DNA of 63,148 nt, filler included, from Sluysia triapertura (taxonomy: Eukaryota), in the NCBI GenBank assembly GCA_046118255.1. It is 5 parts of 5 records of this genome, joined end to end, with 100 filler letters (N's around TTAATTAATTAA, not from the genome) between each part and the next. Parts side by side here need not be neighbours in the genome. Positions count along the whole stretch, not along the records: positions 52,256 to 63,148 come from JBJNIA010191863.1; 4 more parts are not named here. The stretch is one strand, 5' to 3'. The position numbers and the translations under genes were made by a program. The notes under the pieces were generated by a model. That model was not told where the DNA came from and did not search any database. It was given only the letters and a program-made list of their open reading frames with translations. Of the stretch, positions 52,156 to 63,148 are shown piece by piece; position 1 is the first letter of the stretch; every line of letters starts with the position of its first letter.

Positions 52156-52255
52156 NNNNNNNNNNNNNNNNNNNNNNNNNNNNNNNNNNNNNNNNNNNNT
52201 TAATTAATTAANNNNNNNNNNNNNNNNNNNNNNNNNNNNNNNNNNNNNNNNNNNN
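52156..52255. other. Assembly gap with six-frame stop linker
   Basis: 44 N + TTAATTAATTAA + 44 N. Confidence 0.98.
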
Positions 52256-53457
52256 TTAAGTTGCTTTAAAATCCTACGAAAACGTCCTTTTATATAAGAT
52301 AAAACGTTTATCGTAGGCGAACCCATTTAAGAGTATTCATAATTGTTCTCTTTAGAAGTAAAAAACCGAACACTTCGCATAAACTCTTCCTTCATTTTGT
52401 GGTACTACATGTTTCTTACTCATCTTCTAATTCACAGTTGGACAATCCTAAAGTATCATTTGATTGTTTATAAGTTAATTCTTGTAAATAAATTAAAATT
52501 TATTAGATATTTCAGCTCGTAAAAGGCTGACTTAACATTTGATTTTTAATTTACAAGTTGCTGAAGTAATTGCTTCGAAATAATACGATTTTCTGTTTTG
52601 TATACTTGTTATTTACACGTTCTAACTGTATATCATTGCACGTCTTCGTCCAGATTTAAGTCGTGTCACTTAGGCGAAATAACCTCCAGAATCTTTTTGT
52701 AAAAATAAGTCAATATTTTCTTAGATAAAATATTTGCAATACTGATTCACTTGTGATACATGAACATAATTATGAACCCTCTATGTATTCGTTTATGTGT
52801 AATAAAAATAAATTTCCATTTTATTATTTTGAGTTAAAGTTCAAAATTTGTAACGACTTATTAAAATGCACACTAATGTTTTTTCATAATCAATAAAATA
52901 ATATAGTTTTCTATAATGAAAATAAGAAACAATTAATAAATAAGAATAAATTAATAAACCAACTAATTATACTAAAATCTACTGGTTCCATTCTACGTGC
53001 GATCTCATTTTCTAATAAACCTTTAATATCTATAAATTTAACTGCACTAAATTCCAGTTGTGGCAATATAAAAACGTTTTAGTTGTAATTAAACATCAAT
53101 AAATTATTTGTTTTGCCTTCAACTAATTACTATTTCATACCACTGGTAAGGTAAGTGAAATTCAAAATCTACGAAATTTAAATAAAGAAAAATATTAAAT
53201 GCTAAATTTTAATTCATATTTATTAATCAAAAAAAACTTTATAAATACAGAGTTAAATAATATATTTTAAAGATGTAGCATAAATTATTGACTTCTTTAA
53301 CATATGAATAAATTTTCTTAATTTTTTATAACTTAGACCGTATAGATATTTTATAATTATAATTATTTATAATCATTTAAATTGGTTGAACTTTGAACTT
53401 TAACAGTTTTAAAAATCATAACTACAGCGTAATTTAAGAAACTGTTTCTAACAGAAT

Positions 53458-54303
53458 ATGAATTGGAAAGTTCAAAAATGGAAAACATCTTTAACTTGGG
53501 ATCCAGTTATAATTGCAAGAAGTTTTCAGCAACCCATTAATTTTATTAAATATGTTGAGGCAGGTTATTTTATAGTATCATCTGGTTTTAACGAAATCGA
53601 AATTTGGTCAATAGAAACTGGTTATTTGTTATATTCTTATAATTGCTGCGATTTAATAACAAAGACTGATTATATTGAAATTGTAGAATATGCTAATTCA
53701 ACTACTACTAAATGGATGATAATTTTAGCTAACAAAGAAGGTCATTTAATTTCTATTAACAATAACAAAAGACTTATTAATGAAAATCATTTTAAATATA
53801 TTTCGAAATTGATACTACACAACAAATATAAAAATGATATGAATCCATTTTTGCTTTTAATAACTGATTGTATTTTAATAATTGATTGCTTTAGTTTCGA
53901 TAGAATTTTTAAATCCAATATAGACAAAATATCATCTTCTCATGTGACAGCTGTATTGGTGACAGATTATGATTTGATATTTAGTAATGATACAATTATG
54001 TGGAAAAGTACTTTTAAAAATGATTCTAATGGAACAATAACTAAATTTAATCAACAGCATAAAACAACAATAAGGGATATTTTGAACATCAATACAACGT
54101 ATATATTATCAATTTGCGATGAAGAAGTTAGAATTTGGAAAAAACCTGGTTACAACTTAACTGGTTTAATTGATATATCAACTTGTCACACAGAACCAGT
54201 ATCTGATTTGTCAGCTTTTATACAAAACGAAAAATGGCTTTTTATTATAATTAAGAAAAATTTTTATATTTATGATTGTTACACTAGGGATATGATAACG
54301 TTT
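53458..54303 (+). CDS. WD40-repeat protein, main exon
   Basis: Divergent WD blades (EIEIWSIETG; QHKTTIRDI..ILSICDEEVRIW; CHTEPVSDL..IYDC); phase-0 donor GTTAGT at 54304. An AG at 53453-53454 could mean a further upstream exon. Confidence 0.75.
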
Positions 54304-56544
54304 GTTAGTTTGTACTTATTTATTTTGTGTTTTAGAACTTTAATGTAATGCTAATATACAACATTGTTTAAAAGTCAAAGTCCAACTAAAATATTTGAAT
54401 AAATACATAACCATTTCATCTGCATTGTAATTTTAAAATAATTTATAAACTATAATTATGTGCTTATAAACAAAATTAAATGTATTTGTTTTTATAGTTA
54501 CCAATTAATTTTAATGATTTAAAAATAAAAATTAAAGATGGTGATTATTATTATTAACCTAAACACAAATTTCTTTGTTTTCTTAATTAAACATGATCTT
54601 TCTATATTTCTCTTTACCTTCTGAACATATTAAAATCTTAAAACTTAAAGTACAATTATTATTTGTGATATTAATGATAAATGTAAACGTTTAGGGAGAA
54701 TCTTTTACAATGTAAAAATGAAATATAAAATGTTTTAAGTAATATAGGTGATTATACGATGTTGAAATGTGATTTATTTTCGGGATATGTTTTTAAATAG
54801 TGATGTCGTTATGTGTTGTAGAGAATTAAATGATACAGATCATGGGTTTAGAATGTTTTGATTGCTTTGAAGATGTAAGATGTGTGTAAAGCGTTTTAGT
54901 GTTAATTTTAATGTTATTTATGCACTTCAAGTGAATTAATTTTAGACGTTAAATGTTTTGAAACAATATGAAAGCATACACCTTAATGTTCTAAATGAAA
55001 TAATGTTTCTTGCTGAAGATGTATTAAGGTATAAATGTTTACAATAACTTTTGGATGCTGATTAACGTTTTTGAGTGAAGGTAATATTTGAATATTAGGA
55101 GAACGTGACCTAAAGATACATTGAGAAAATTGTAGTTTAGTGAATGTAAAGGAGATAAATTATAATCTAACTCTTAGTGTGATCAGAAGATAATTTTACA
55201 ATGTTGAGAATGTGGTTTAAATGGAATTGTTTAGAGATGAAATATAAAATATTTGGGATGAATTTTTAATGTAATTTGATGGTATTGAATGTCACCGTAG
55301 TTTATATGTTATAAGGTTGTCGATTTGTAACATCGCCATAAACGAACCTTTACTTTGTTTAAAAAAACACTTTTAAAAGTTTTTAGTTAATCACATTCTT
55401 TTGTATTTTTATATGACTATCAGAATATTTCAAGGCATGGAACCTTAAAAATTTTACCACAGAATAATGATAAAGCAGATTTAGAAGATTTAGAAGACAC
55501 CAATTTAATGTCAGAAGCAGATCGATACAATGTAATAACTCATCTAATAAATGCTTATCGTGAATCCTTTGATATTATCGATGATATAAGATGCCATTTT
55601 AAAATGTATTCGAATAAATATCGACAAGTCATACTTTCTATTGGTAAAAGAATTAAACAATATTTAGTTATAAAAATACAAAAGTGCTCAGTAATACGTT
55701 GCGAGAGTGTCCCGACCCAATACAGTTTTTATTATGTTTTGAAATTACTCGAACCGAAAGCATGCAAACTTCCGATGATGCATCAGCGTAGAAGCAGGCA
55801 GATGATAACTGATAATTTAGAAGTTTTTTATTTTTAGAGTTACTTCGGAAATAAGAAATACAGTTTTATGTGTGAAAGAATTTAAAGTTAAATATTTATG
55901 TTTTAAAGGCATAACATTTATTATATTTTTGTGTGATTAAGTTTATTTTAAATTCAACTCTGAGTTCAATTTTGATTTTTGTTTCAAAGTTAAACTTTAT
56001 GATTCCAGCAATGAACAAGTCCCAAAGCCGCAATTACTAAGTTTGAATACTAAAAAGGACCTTAAATCCACATTCAATAGTTTAGTTTCTTATAAGAGAA
56101 TTTTAAAAGATAGAATGGGCCTTAAGCCTAATTTTTGTAAAGTTATTTGTAAAGGTGTCCTTTTTAAAGATAAGGCAATTATACATTTTAAATGCCTAAA
56201 CACAACCCTACCATTTCAATATCGATAAATGCAATATTTTATGGAATAATTCTGTCTACTTTACTACATTTCTGTCCAATAATAATCAACTAAAATCACC
56301 ATCATGTGGTCCTCATGTGGATACTATTCCAAACACCGAACAATTACAATAACATTATTCTGGTAACAGATGTGACTTTAATGTGATTCATTTATCAGAA
56401 AGAAAATAAAATTAATGCATTAAAACAAGTAACTGCATTAGTTAAAACAAGAAATGTGGAAATAAGAAGTTTACAAAGAACATTAATACAGCAATAATGT
56501 CAAAACAATAATGTAAATAGTAAAGTTAAATAACAATGTTAAAA

Positions 56545-56705
56545 AATGTTGTAAAACTGTGTATGATTGTTAAAGTGTGTAATATTATAAAAGTATTTCA
56601 TGTTTATTGTTTGTTGATTTGATATTTTGTGTTGAAGTTTGTTTAAAAATTATTTATGAGAAATGTGTTGGATTGTGTTGATGTTTGTCTGTGATTATGT
56701 TTATT
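56545..56705. repeat. Dispersed G/T-rich repeat, direct copy at ~57784-57920
   Basis: Shared TGTTTGTTGATTTGATATTTTryGTTGAAGTTTGTTTAA..TTGATrTTTGTCT. Confidence 0.7.
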
Positions 56706-57010
56706 ATTAATAAATTGTTCTTTATTAAGTGTTTTAAACTTTAACGATATTACTTTTAAATTACTTCTAATTTATTATTTTATTTTGATGATTCTCTTAT
56801 GCTTATTTTAATTCAGCTTTATATGCATAAAAATATTATAAATACGGGTTATATCATGCATATAATTTCAATTAATTATATTTGAATTATTTATATTAAT
56901 AAATTATATTATATTAATTAATTTTATTAATTATTTATATTTAAATTAATTATATTTAATAGCCTTGATAAAATTGTTTTTATTATTATTATTATCAATA
57001 TTATTTCCAG

Positions 57011-57277
57011 GTAATCGATGCTCACAACTCAAACATAATAAAGGTTAAATATGTAGATTATTTACAAAAACTTCAAACAGTTTCTGAAGATGGAGTGATA
57101 CGATTTTGGGGATTTTATACGCAATGTCATTGTTATGATTACTCAAAAAAAATTTTACCGGTTGAAAATGTTTCTCTTTCTCACACAACACAATCATCAA
57201 TGGACGACGGTTCAAATTGTTTATTTGGATGTTGCCTTGATGTTAGTTATAATAAATATTATTACTGGCCATGTTAA
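57011..57277 (+). CDS. WD40-repeat protein, terminal exon
   Basis: TTTCCAG| phase 0; VIDAHNSNIIKVKYVDYLQKLQTVSEDGVIRFW is a canonical WD repeat that continues ..YDCYTRDMITF. The spliced product is 370 aa from ATG 53458. Confidence 0.78.
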   Translation, partial: VIDAHNSNIIKVKYVDYLQKLQTVSEDGVIRFWGFYTQCHCYDYSKKILPVENVSLSHTTQSSMDDGSNCLFGCCLDVSYNKYYYWPC

Positions 57278-58296
57278 ATTTTGGTTTTTTTAGAATAGAT
57301 CTTATTAATAAAATAAAATAAAACATATCCCAAATTATATTGAAAAAAATATTGATGCTTCTATATACTTTATTATAGACATTAATGAAATAAACTATAA
57401 TTGAGTCTGACGGACTAAAGAGATTTTGTCATCTTCAAATAAAAGGTTAATATGTTTAAATTCTGTATGCACGGAATTATAGAGTTATATCAAACTACAA
57501 AGAGATTTCTGCGATTCTGGTTGACACTTTGATTTGATTTATAGACTGCATTTGGAAATTTGGAAAAAGTCAAATGGTTTTTTAACTTTTAATATCATGA
57601 AATTTGTCCATTTAATACAGGTCTCTACTCATATTACAAATGGTTTATTAAATCTATGATATACATGATGGTTTTGACTAAATTTACTAATCAAAACAAG
57701 AACTCAGAAATGTAAAATTAGGAGTTTACAAATAATAATAATAATGCAAAGACAATATAGTCAACGATAAATATTAAATTTTAGTTGTAAAATTTCGTAA
57801 GGTTGTGTTTGTGATTTATGTATGTTTGTTGATTTGATATTTTACGTTGAAGTTTGTTTAAGATTTGATTTACAAAAAATATGTTTGATTGTATTGATAT
57901 TTGTCTATAATTGTCTTTGTAATTAGTGTCTTGGTATTACTTGGACAAAGAGGTCACTTAAGCTGCAGTAGAATATGCTCAAGAAACGTGAACTAGTCTA
58001 TCTATTTTAGGAAATTGGGGCCGTATTGCAGTAATTTATTAGAAAAAATTTAGAATAATTATAACAAATTTGTAAATAATTTTTGTTTAAAATTTGTTAA
58101 ACATTTTCCAACTTTCTAAATATCCTTAAGATTTGTAGCGCAATATGTAGCACGCATTTGTAAATTCTATTTTTAACCTTAAATGTTACTTAAGGAAAAA
58201 TTTTAATCATTAAGGTTTAGGGCCTATTATTATTATTATTGTTGTTAATTATTTTATAAACCTAGTAATATGTTTTACATTTTACATCTTTACAGT

Positions 58297-59019
58297 TATT
58301 AGATTTCATAAAATGGACTGACCGGGAATAGAACCAGAACTGCGGAGTTCGATGAGTAAAAGATGTATTAATATAATAGTTTTAGTCTCTTATTTCTCTT
58401 TTTTAGAGAATGAAGGTAATCTTCTTTCTTCTATTCAGGGACCTTGTAGGACATGGTTGCGGTTTGTGTTATTCTAGGACTCACCATCTAGTCGTACCAG
58501 GGTCATGATTTCAGTCTTGTGGTAGCCAAGTGCCTTGAGAAGCTTGTCATTCTCGGGATTCCATGACACCAAGGCTCCAACGACAAATGTATCCAGAGAC
58601 ACCTTACACTTCAGTTGTTCCTTAAGTTTGACCAGAAGATCAGCATACTTCGCAATATTGGACTATTTCGAAGTTTTTCTTGAGGTTCATGGGGTCTTGA
58701 CATCAATCAGAAACAGTTGTGATGATGAAGTACCGCGGGCTTGTATGTCAGGTCGTTGAGTGTCACCGATAATTGGCATAGGCAAATTCTTGATGACCGA
58801 GAATCCCTTCAGGGTCATTTTGTCCACTAGGTAGTTAAGGATTTTGTTTTGCCAGACCGTTCTGGCTGTGCTTGTGTGAGGACATAGACAGAGCACATGT
58901 AGAAGGGATTCAGATTCGAAGCCACGCCCACTGAGGTATCAGCCCCGTCTAACAATTTTGTTTTATTATAGATAATTACACTATCATTATTTTATGGCAC
59001 TTTAGGTCCGTATTCCACA
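58297..59019 (-). repeat. tRNA-cassette family copy split by a retrotransposon (5' part 59019-58928, 3' part 58354-58297)
   Basis: The minus strand reads leader..CCTAAAGTGCCA..TGTTAGACGGGGCTGATACCTCAGTGG | insert | CATCGAACTCCGCAG..CCCGGTCAGTCCATTTT..ATCTAATA. Confidence 0.8.
58355..58927 (-). mobile_element. 5'-truncated RLE non-LTR retrotransposon (NeSL/Utopia-like): zinc knuckle, restriction-like endonuclease, 3' UTR
   Basis: GFESESLLHVLCLC..QN..RPDI..LIDVKTP..AKYADL..FVVGALVSWNPENDKLLKALG, with internal stops. Confidence 0.88.
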
Positions 59020-60254
59020 ATACAGTATTTATTGGCTATGACCGGACAACTATCTGAGGCTTTCATTAAATGTGGTTAATTTAGTAAGAAATTTTTATAA
59101 ACATCAACATACAAGGCATACAAGGCAATTAAGCTAGTAATTGAATTTAAACTATAGTTCGTATCTTTATCGTTTATAATGAAGTTGATGGTATCGGCTG
59201 AATATGGATTATCATAACTAATCAAATTAACTTATTTACTCCTATTATAGGTGGTTGTGTTTTATTTAAAAGTATTATCAATAACTCAGTAACAAAATTG
59301 AATTAGTCTAAAATCTCGATATATATTTTTAATACTCACAAAATAGATACAAATAATTAGTTATACATTAATCACGATATACTCTTAGTAATCACAGAAT
59401 AAATGCAAAATCTCAGTTACAAATGAATGTCTTTATAAAATCCATTAACACAATGCAATATTCAAAATCCAGTAGTGACACACACAAAATGTTAATACCA
59501 GTATGTCCTGGGTTTGGTTAAAGATGAAGAGGAACATAAAGTTTATAACTCATGGTATGAAATGAAGTATTATTAAATGTTATTGATAAAACATTATAAT
59601 AACAAAATAAGTGGACAAAATATTTAAATCAAAATGAAAGAATGAAAGACAGAACCCTTTATACGGTTTTATTTGTTAAAATATTAAAGTACATTTATTA
59701 ATTAATTTAATTAAAAATTGTTTAATTTAATTTAATTGTTTAATTTAAAATAACATGATAAAATAACATTCAAATTAGTGTGTAATACTGAATTTTATTA
59801 GTATTCTTAATATTGAAATGTTGCGAGGCATGTAGACGTAGATAACGTAAAAATTAATTATTTTAATTAGTTTTTATAATTTAAAATTAAAGTTACACGT
59901 GTTATAATGTTTTCATGTTATTAAAGTATATATTAAACTAATGCCCATGAAGATACAAACTCAAATATTTTATTGAAATCGACCTGCGAAGTACGGTTGA
60001 CGCATAACGTATTATATAAAATATTTCTATGAAAAATAAATTTAGTATTTGATTAGTTTCATGTTTATTTTAAGTTTATAAATTGTACTAATGACAGAAT
60101 ATTAATGTAATAACGATGTTAAATTTTGATTTACGTATGTTGAAAAGATAAGCGGATTGTTTATCACAAATTCTATCATCTTTGAGTAATTGCAGGAGAG
60201 AATGAAATTGGTAACCGACGGAAATTACTAGTGAAATTTAACTATTAAAATTTG

Positions 60255-60395
60255 TCCTTTATGACCGACTAAAAGAATGAATAGTTTTATAAGTAATTAC
60301 TTCAATCTCCTAATTATTTCAATCTGCCGTGTAAACAATCAGATTTTTGTAATAAAATTAGAATAAGATAACTGAACAAAAAGAAGAAAACTTTA
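60255..60395 (+). repeat. Dispersed repeat, inverted copy at ~20650-20830
   Basis: Shared TTATGACCGACTA..AAAGAATGAA, AATCTCCTAA and ATTTTTGTAATAAAATTA..ATAAGATArCTGAACAAAAA. Confidence 0.7.
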
Positions 60396-61100
60396 TAAAA
60401 CTTTATCTCCATTAGGGGCGCTGCCTCAACACTGTGATTGAAGACTTATCTTCAGCATTGATCAGACTGTAAAAGGTGGTTTTTTTGTTAAGGTTAGTAA
60501 CTTAGGTTACAGTTATTACTGTTAATGCGGGCATAAACATTTATTGTGTTGTATTAACCCTGGATTTTTATAGATTTAGTACTTTATAGTACTTTAGTAA
60601 TTTAGTACAATATAAATTTGTATATTGAAGATATATTATTATAAAAAAGTTATTAATTTATTGTGGCAATTGAAGATGTATTGAGATTTTATATTGAAGG
60701 CATTTTTTTATGAAAGAATAGTTCTTAGTTTATTTTGATAATTAAAAATATATTGAGATTTTATCTTAGTTTAATTATAGTGTTATAATTGAATATTTTT
60801 TGAATAAAGACACAACATATTTAACAAAATAAATATAACAAAATGTCACTTATATAGTATAATTGACTATAACAAAATAAAAGTTTAAAATTTGACAAAG
60901 AAGTATGAATTTAAATATACAAAACACTACAAACAAAGTTACAGAATCAGATGTAGCAAATAATTTTGATTTTTTAAAGCGTCCTAATTCACATGTAAAC
61001 AATTTCTTAACTTGCCTGTGCTTGGTACTGGTAAAGTTACAGTTATACATTCAATTTTTTAAATGTTCAATGAAATATAAAATCGAATATTGATTCAAAT

Positions 61101-61330
61101 GATATTGAAGAACCAGAGCACGATCCATATTTCGAGCCTATTGTAAAATTAGATTCAGTGAGGAAGATTACGATTTATGTTCCAAAGCGTACAAGACTCT
61201 ACGAATAATGGCAAAAAGTTGCCTTAGTGAAATTCATATGTTACCTTAAAATAAGATTATACCAAACCATGTCGATTAATAATGCATCAAGAAGTTCCAG
61301 AGACTTTGTGTCGCAATTAACGTATTCACG
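61101..61330 (+). pseudogene. Ran-binding domain (RanBP1/RanBP2-type) pseudogene fragment
   Basis: EHDPYFEPIVKL, EEDY (shifted frame), KRTRLY, W, then CRLIMHQE..LCRN*RI, in RanBD order with stops and frameshifts. Confidence 0.7.
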
Positions 61331-61567
61331 ACAATTATAAAAAGAAAACTCAATTTTATGATCAAAAACTCGAGGGCCTTTGATCTTACAACTTTATGTA
61401 TGAATTTAGTTTTTAAAGAGTTCCCCTCATTAGATCGGGGCTGTGAAACATCCTTATTTAGATTTTTAGTATATTTTATGTTAAAAATTAAATTGAAACG
61501 CCCTTTTAATTAATAAACCTTACCAAACAAATAAATAAAATAAATCCGAATTCCTGTGCGCCAAAAA

Positions 61568-61957
61568 TTCTAGAGTAATAGTGTAGATAGTGTAAATGAT
61601 TGAAAATTAGTTGTTATTGTTATTGAAACTGTAAAAATCGTCTTACTAATTAAAATAGTGTTAATGAATACTGCAATTGAAATCGAAATTGAAATTGTGC
61701 ATTGACATTAAAATTGTGATAACTATTGAGCTGATGCTAGTTTATATACTAGTCATCAGCCAATAGAAATCGATAGAATGTTCTATAACATTCTAGAACA
61801 TGCCAGAAGCGTCTATTCTGTTTTTAGAAGCTTATTTTCTTTTTTGGAAAATAAATGTTTTTTAGTTGTTTGGAAGCTTCTAATATTTTTAAAGTGATTT
61901 TTAAACTTTTTAATGATGTTTTAAATAATTTTAAAGGGTTGTGATGGCAACCTAACA
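61568..61957 (-). mobile_element. LTR (~390 bp) followed by a PBS-like TGGCGC
   Basis: The minus strand starts TGTTAGG, contains an nGAAn array, a CCAAT box and TATATAAA, ends CTAGAA (decayed CTAACA), then TTTT-TGGCGCACAGG (from 61563). A second copy starts at 7955. Confidence 0.6.
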
Positions 61958-62377
61958 TTATAGATATATTTTATTTCAACGTTTTTTTATACAAATGCAT
62001 TATATAAATAAAATTAAAAATTTTAGATTGATAAAAAAGTTTTAAAAGTTGTTTCTATGGTTTTGATAAATTTCAAAGCATGTACCATATTTGAAACGTA
62101 AATTCAAATAGAAACTAGCAATCGTTAATCATTTTTTATTAATATTTAGAAACTAACAAATAAAAAATTGACTTGCCTTTTACAGATGCGAACATGTCAT
62201 AAAATAATATCGACAAATCATTTTGTAATAATGAACAAGTATGGTTTTATTACAGTAGACAATAATGCGGAGTCAATAATCTTATATCGTGATCGTGAAC
62301 AATCTATATTCGAAATGATGCGATTTTGTATTGTTTTGAAATAATTCATTTTAATATTAATATTTTTTACTATGTAA

Positions 62378-62415
<38 letters not shown>

Positions 62416-62519
62416 TAATTAATTAAATTATAAAATTCAAATTTTATCAGTTTGTGGTTTATTTACATCACGTATACTTCGATAAGTTATGTTTAATAAG
62501 CTAATCTAATTTTCGGTCA

Positions 62520-63148
62520 TTGATCATTACGAATGGAACCTCAGTCGGATTATATCAGAAGTTACGAGAAACATTAACCGATTCCGACGAAATGTGTCGT
62601 TGATGTATTTCAAATACAAACGATGACCGTGTCTCCGCAAGTGTAAGCTGTTGAAAAGAAATTAAAAATCCAAAAAATAGGTTTTCCATAATCTTAGTGA
62701 TATACAATATGATCCTTTTTTAATCGTATTGCAATCTGGAATTAAGTGCGATAATGGATTAATAAGAAATATCTTACTGAAAAGTTTCCAAAATCCTAAG
62801 TGCACCAGAAAACAATGATTTCTGGTTATCAGCAGTGGTTAATGTACAATATTAATATTAAATCCTAGTTAAACTCAAAAGTAATATATAAAAATAGAAA
62901 TGTGCATAAGATTTTATTATCTTTTGACAGTGCTAAACCTAATATTTCAACATTGATTATCATGAAGTGCAATCGACTTCAATATGAAATAATATCTTAT
63001 TCCTATTCTGAAAAATTAACACCAATAATAACATTTTCTAACATTTGGAAGAGTTTCTTTCAGACAATATTCGAAGATAATAAGATCGCCAAGAATGACT
63101 TTTTAAACTCTGTGCTAGATGATTTCCAGAATTTTATAAAGTTAGTTT
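62520..63148 (+). mobile_element. Decayed mariner transposase
   Basis: *VFHNL (WVPHEL-like), DPF..RI, FPK..VHQK, LLSFDSAKPN (HDNARPH-like) and YSEKLTP (YSPDLAP-like); runs off the window end. Confidence 0.7.

Overview
Very AT-rich eukaryotic (probably animal) scaffold. It is five contigs joined by artificial 100-bp gaps (44 N + TTAATTAATTAA + 44 N), so adjacency across the gaps is not guaranteed. Intact-looking host coding sequence is sparse: (i) a two-exon, 273-aa divergent histone H3/CenH3-like gene with a 35-bp intron and a 7x11-aa tandem repeat in its tail (22524-23380, -); (ii) three consecutive exons of an SLC4A11-like transporter (44504-45531, +); (iii) a two-exon WD40 protein (53458-57277, +); (iv) an unidentified 320-codon ORF. 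There are decayed copies of SERINC, a Ran-binding domain and possibly an ACAP-type BAR-PH gene. The rest is mostly decayed transposons: an L2/CR1-type LINE, NeSL/Utopia-like RLE retrotransposon pieces, Tc1/mariner/pogo, piggyBac- and hAT-type MITEs, gypsy fragments, LTRs and AAT microsatellites. The most unusual signal is a five-copy family of tRNA(Ala/Cys)-like Pol III cassettes bracketed by LTR-like TGTTAG...CTAACA ends. One copy is followed by a PBS-like TGG, and another is split in its D-loop by the 3' end of a NeSL/Utopia-like retrotransposon. All family assignments come from motif recognition by eye; no searches were run.
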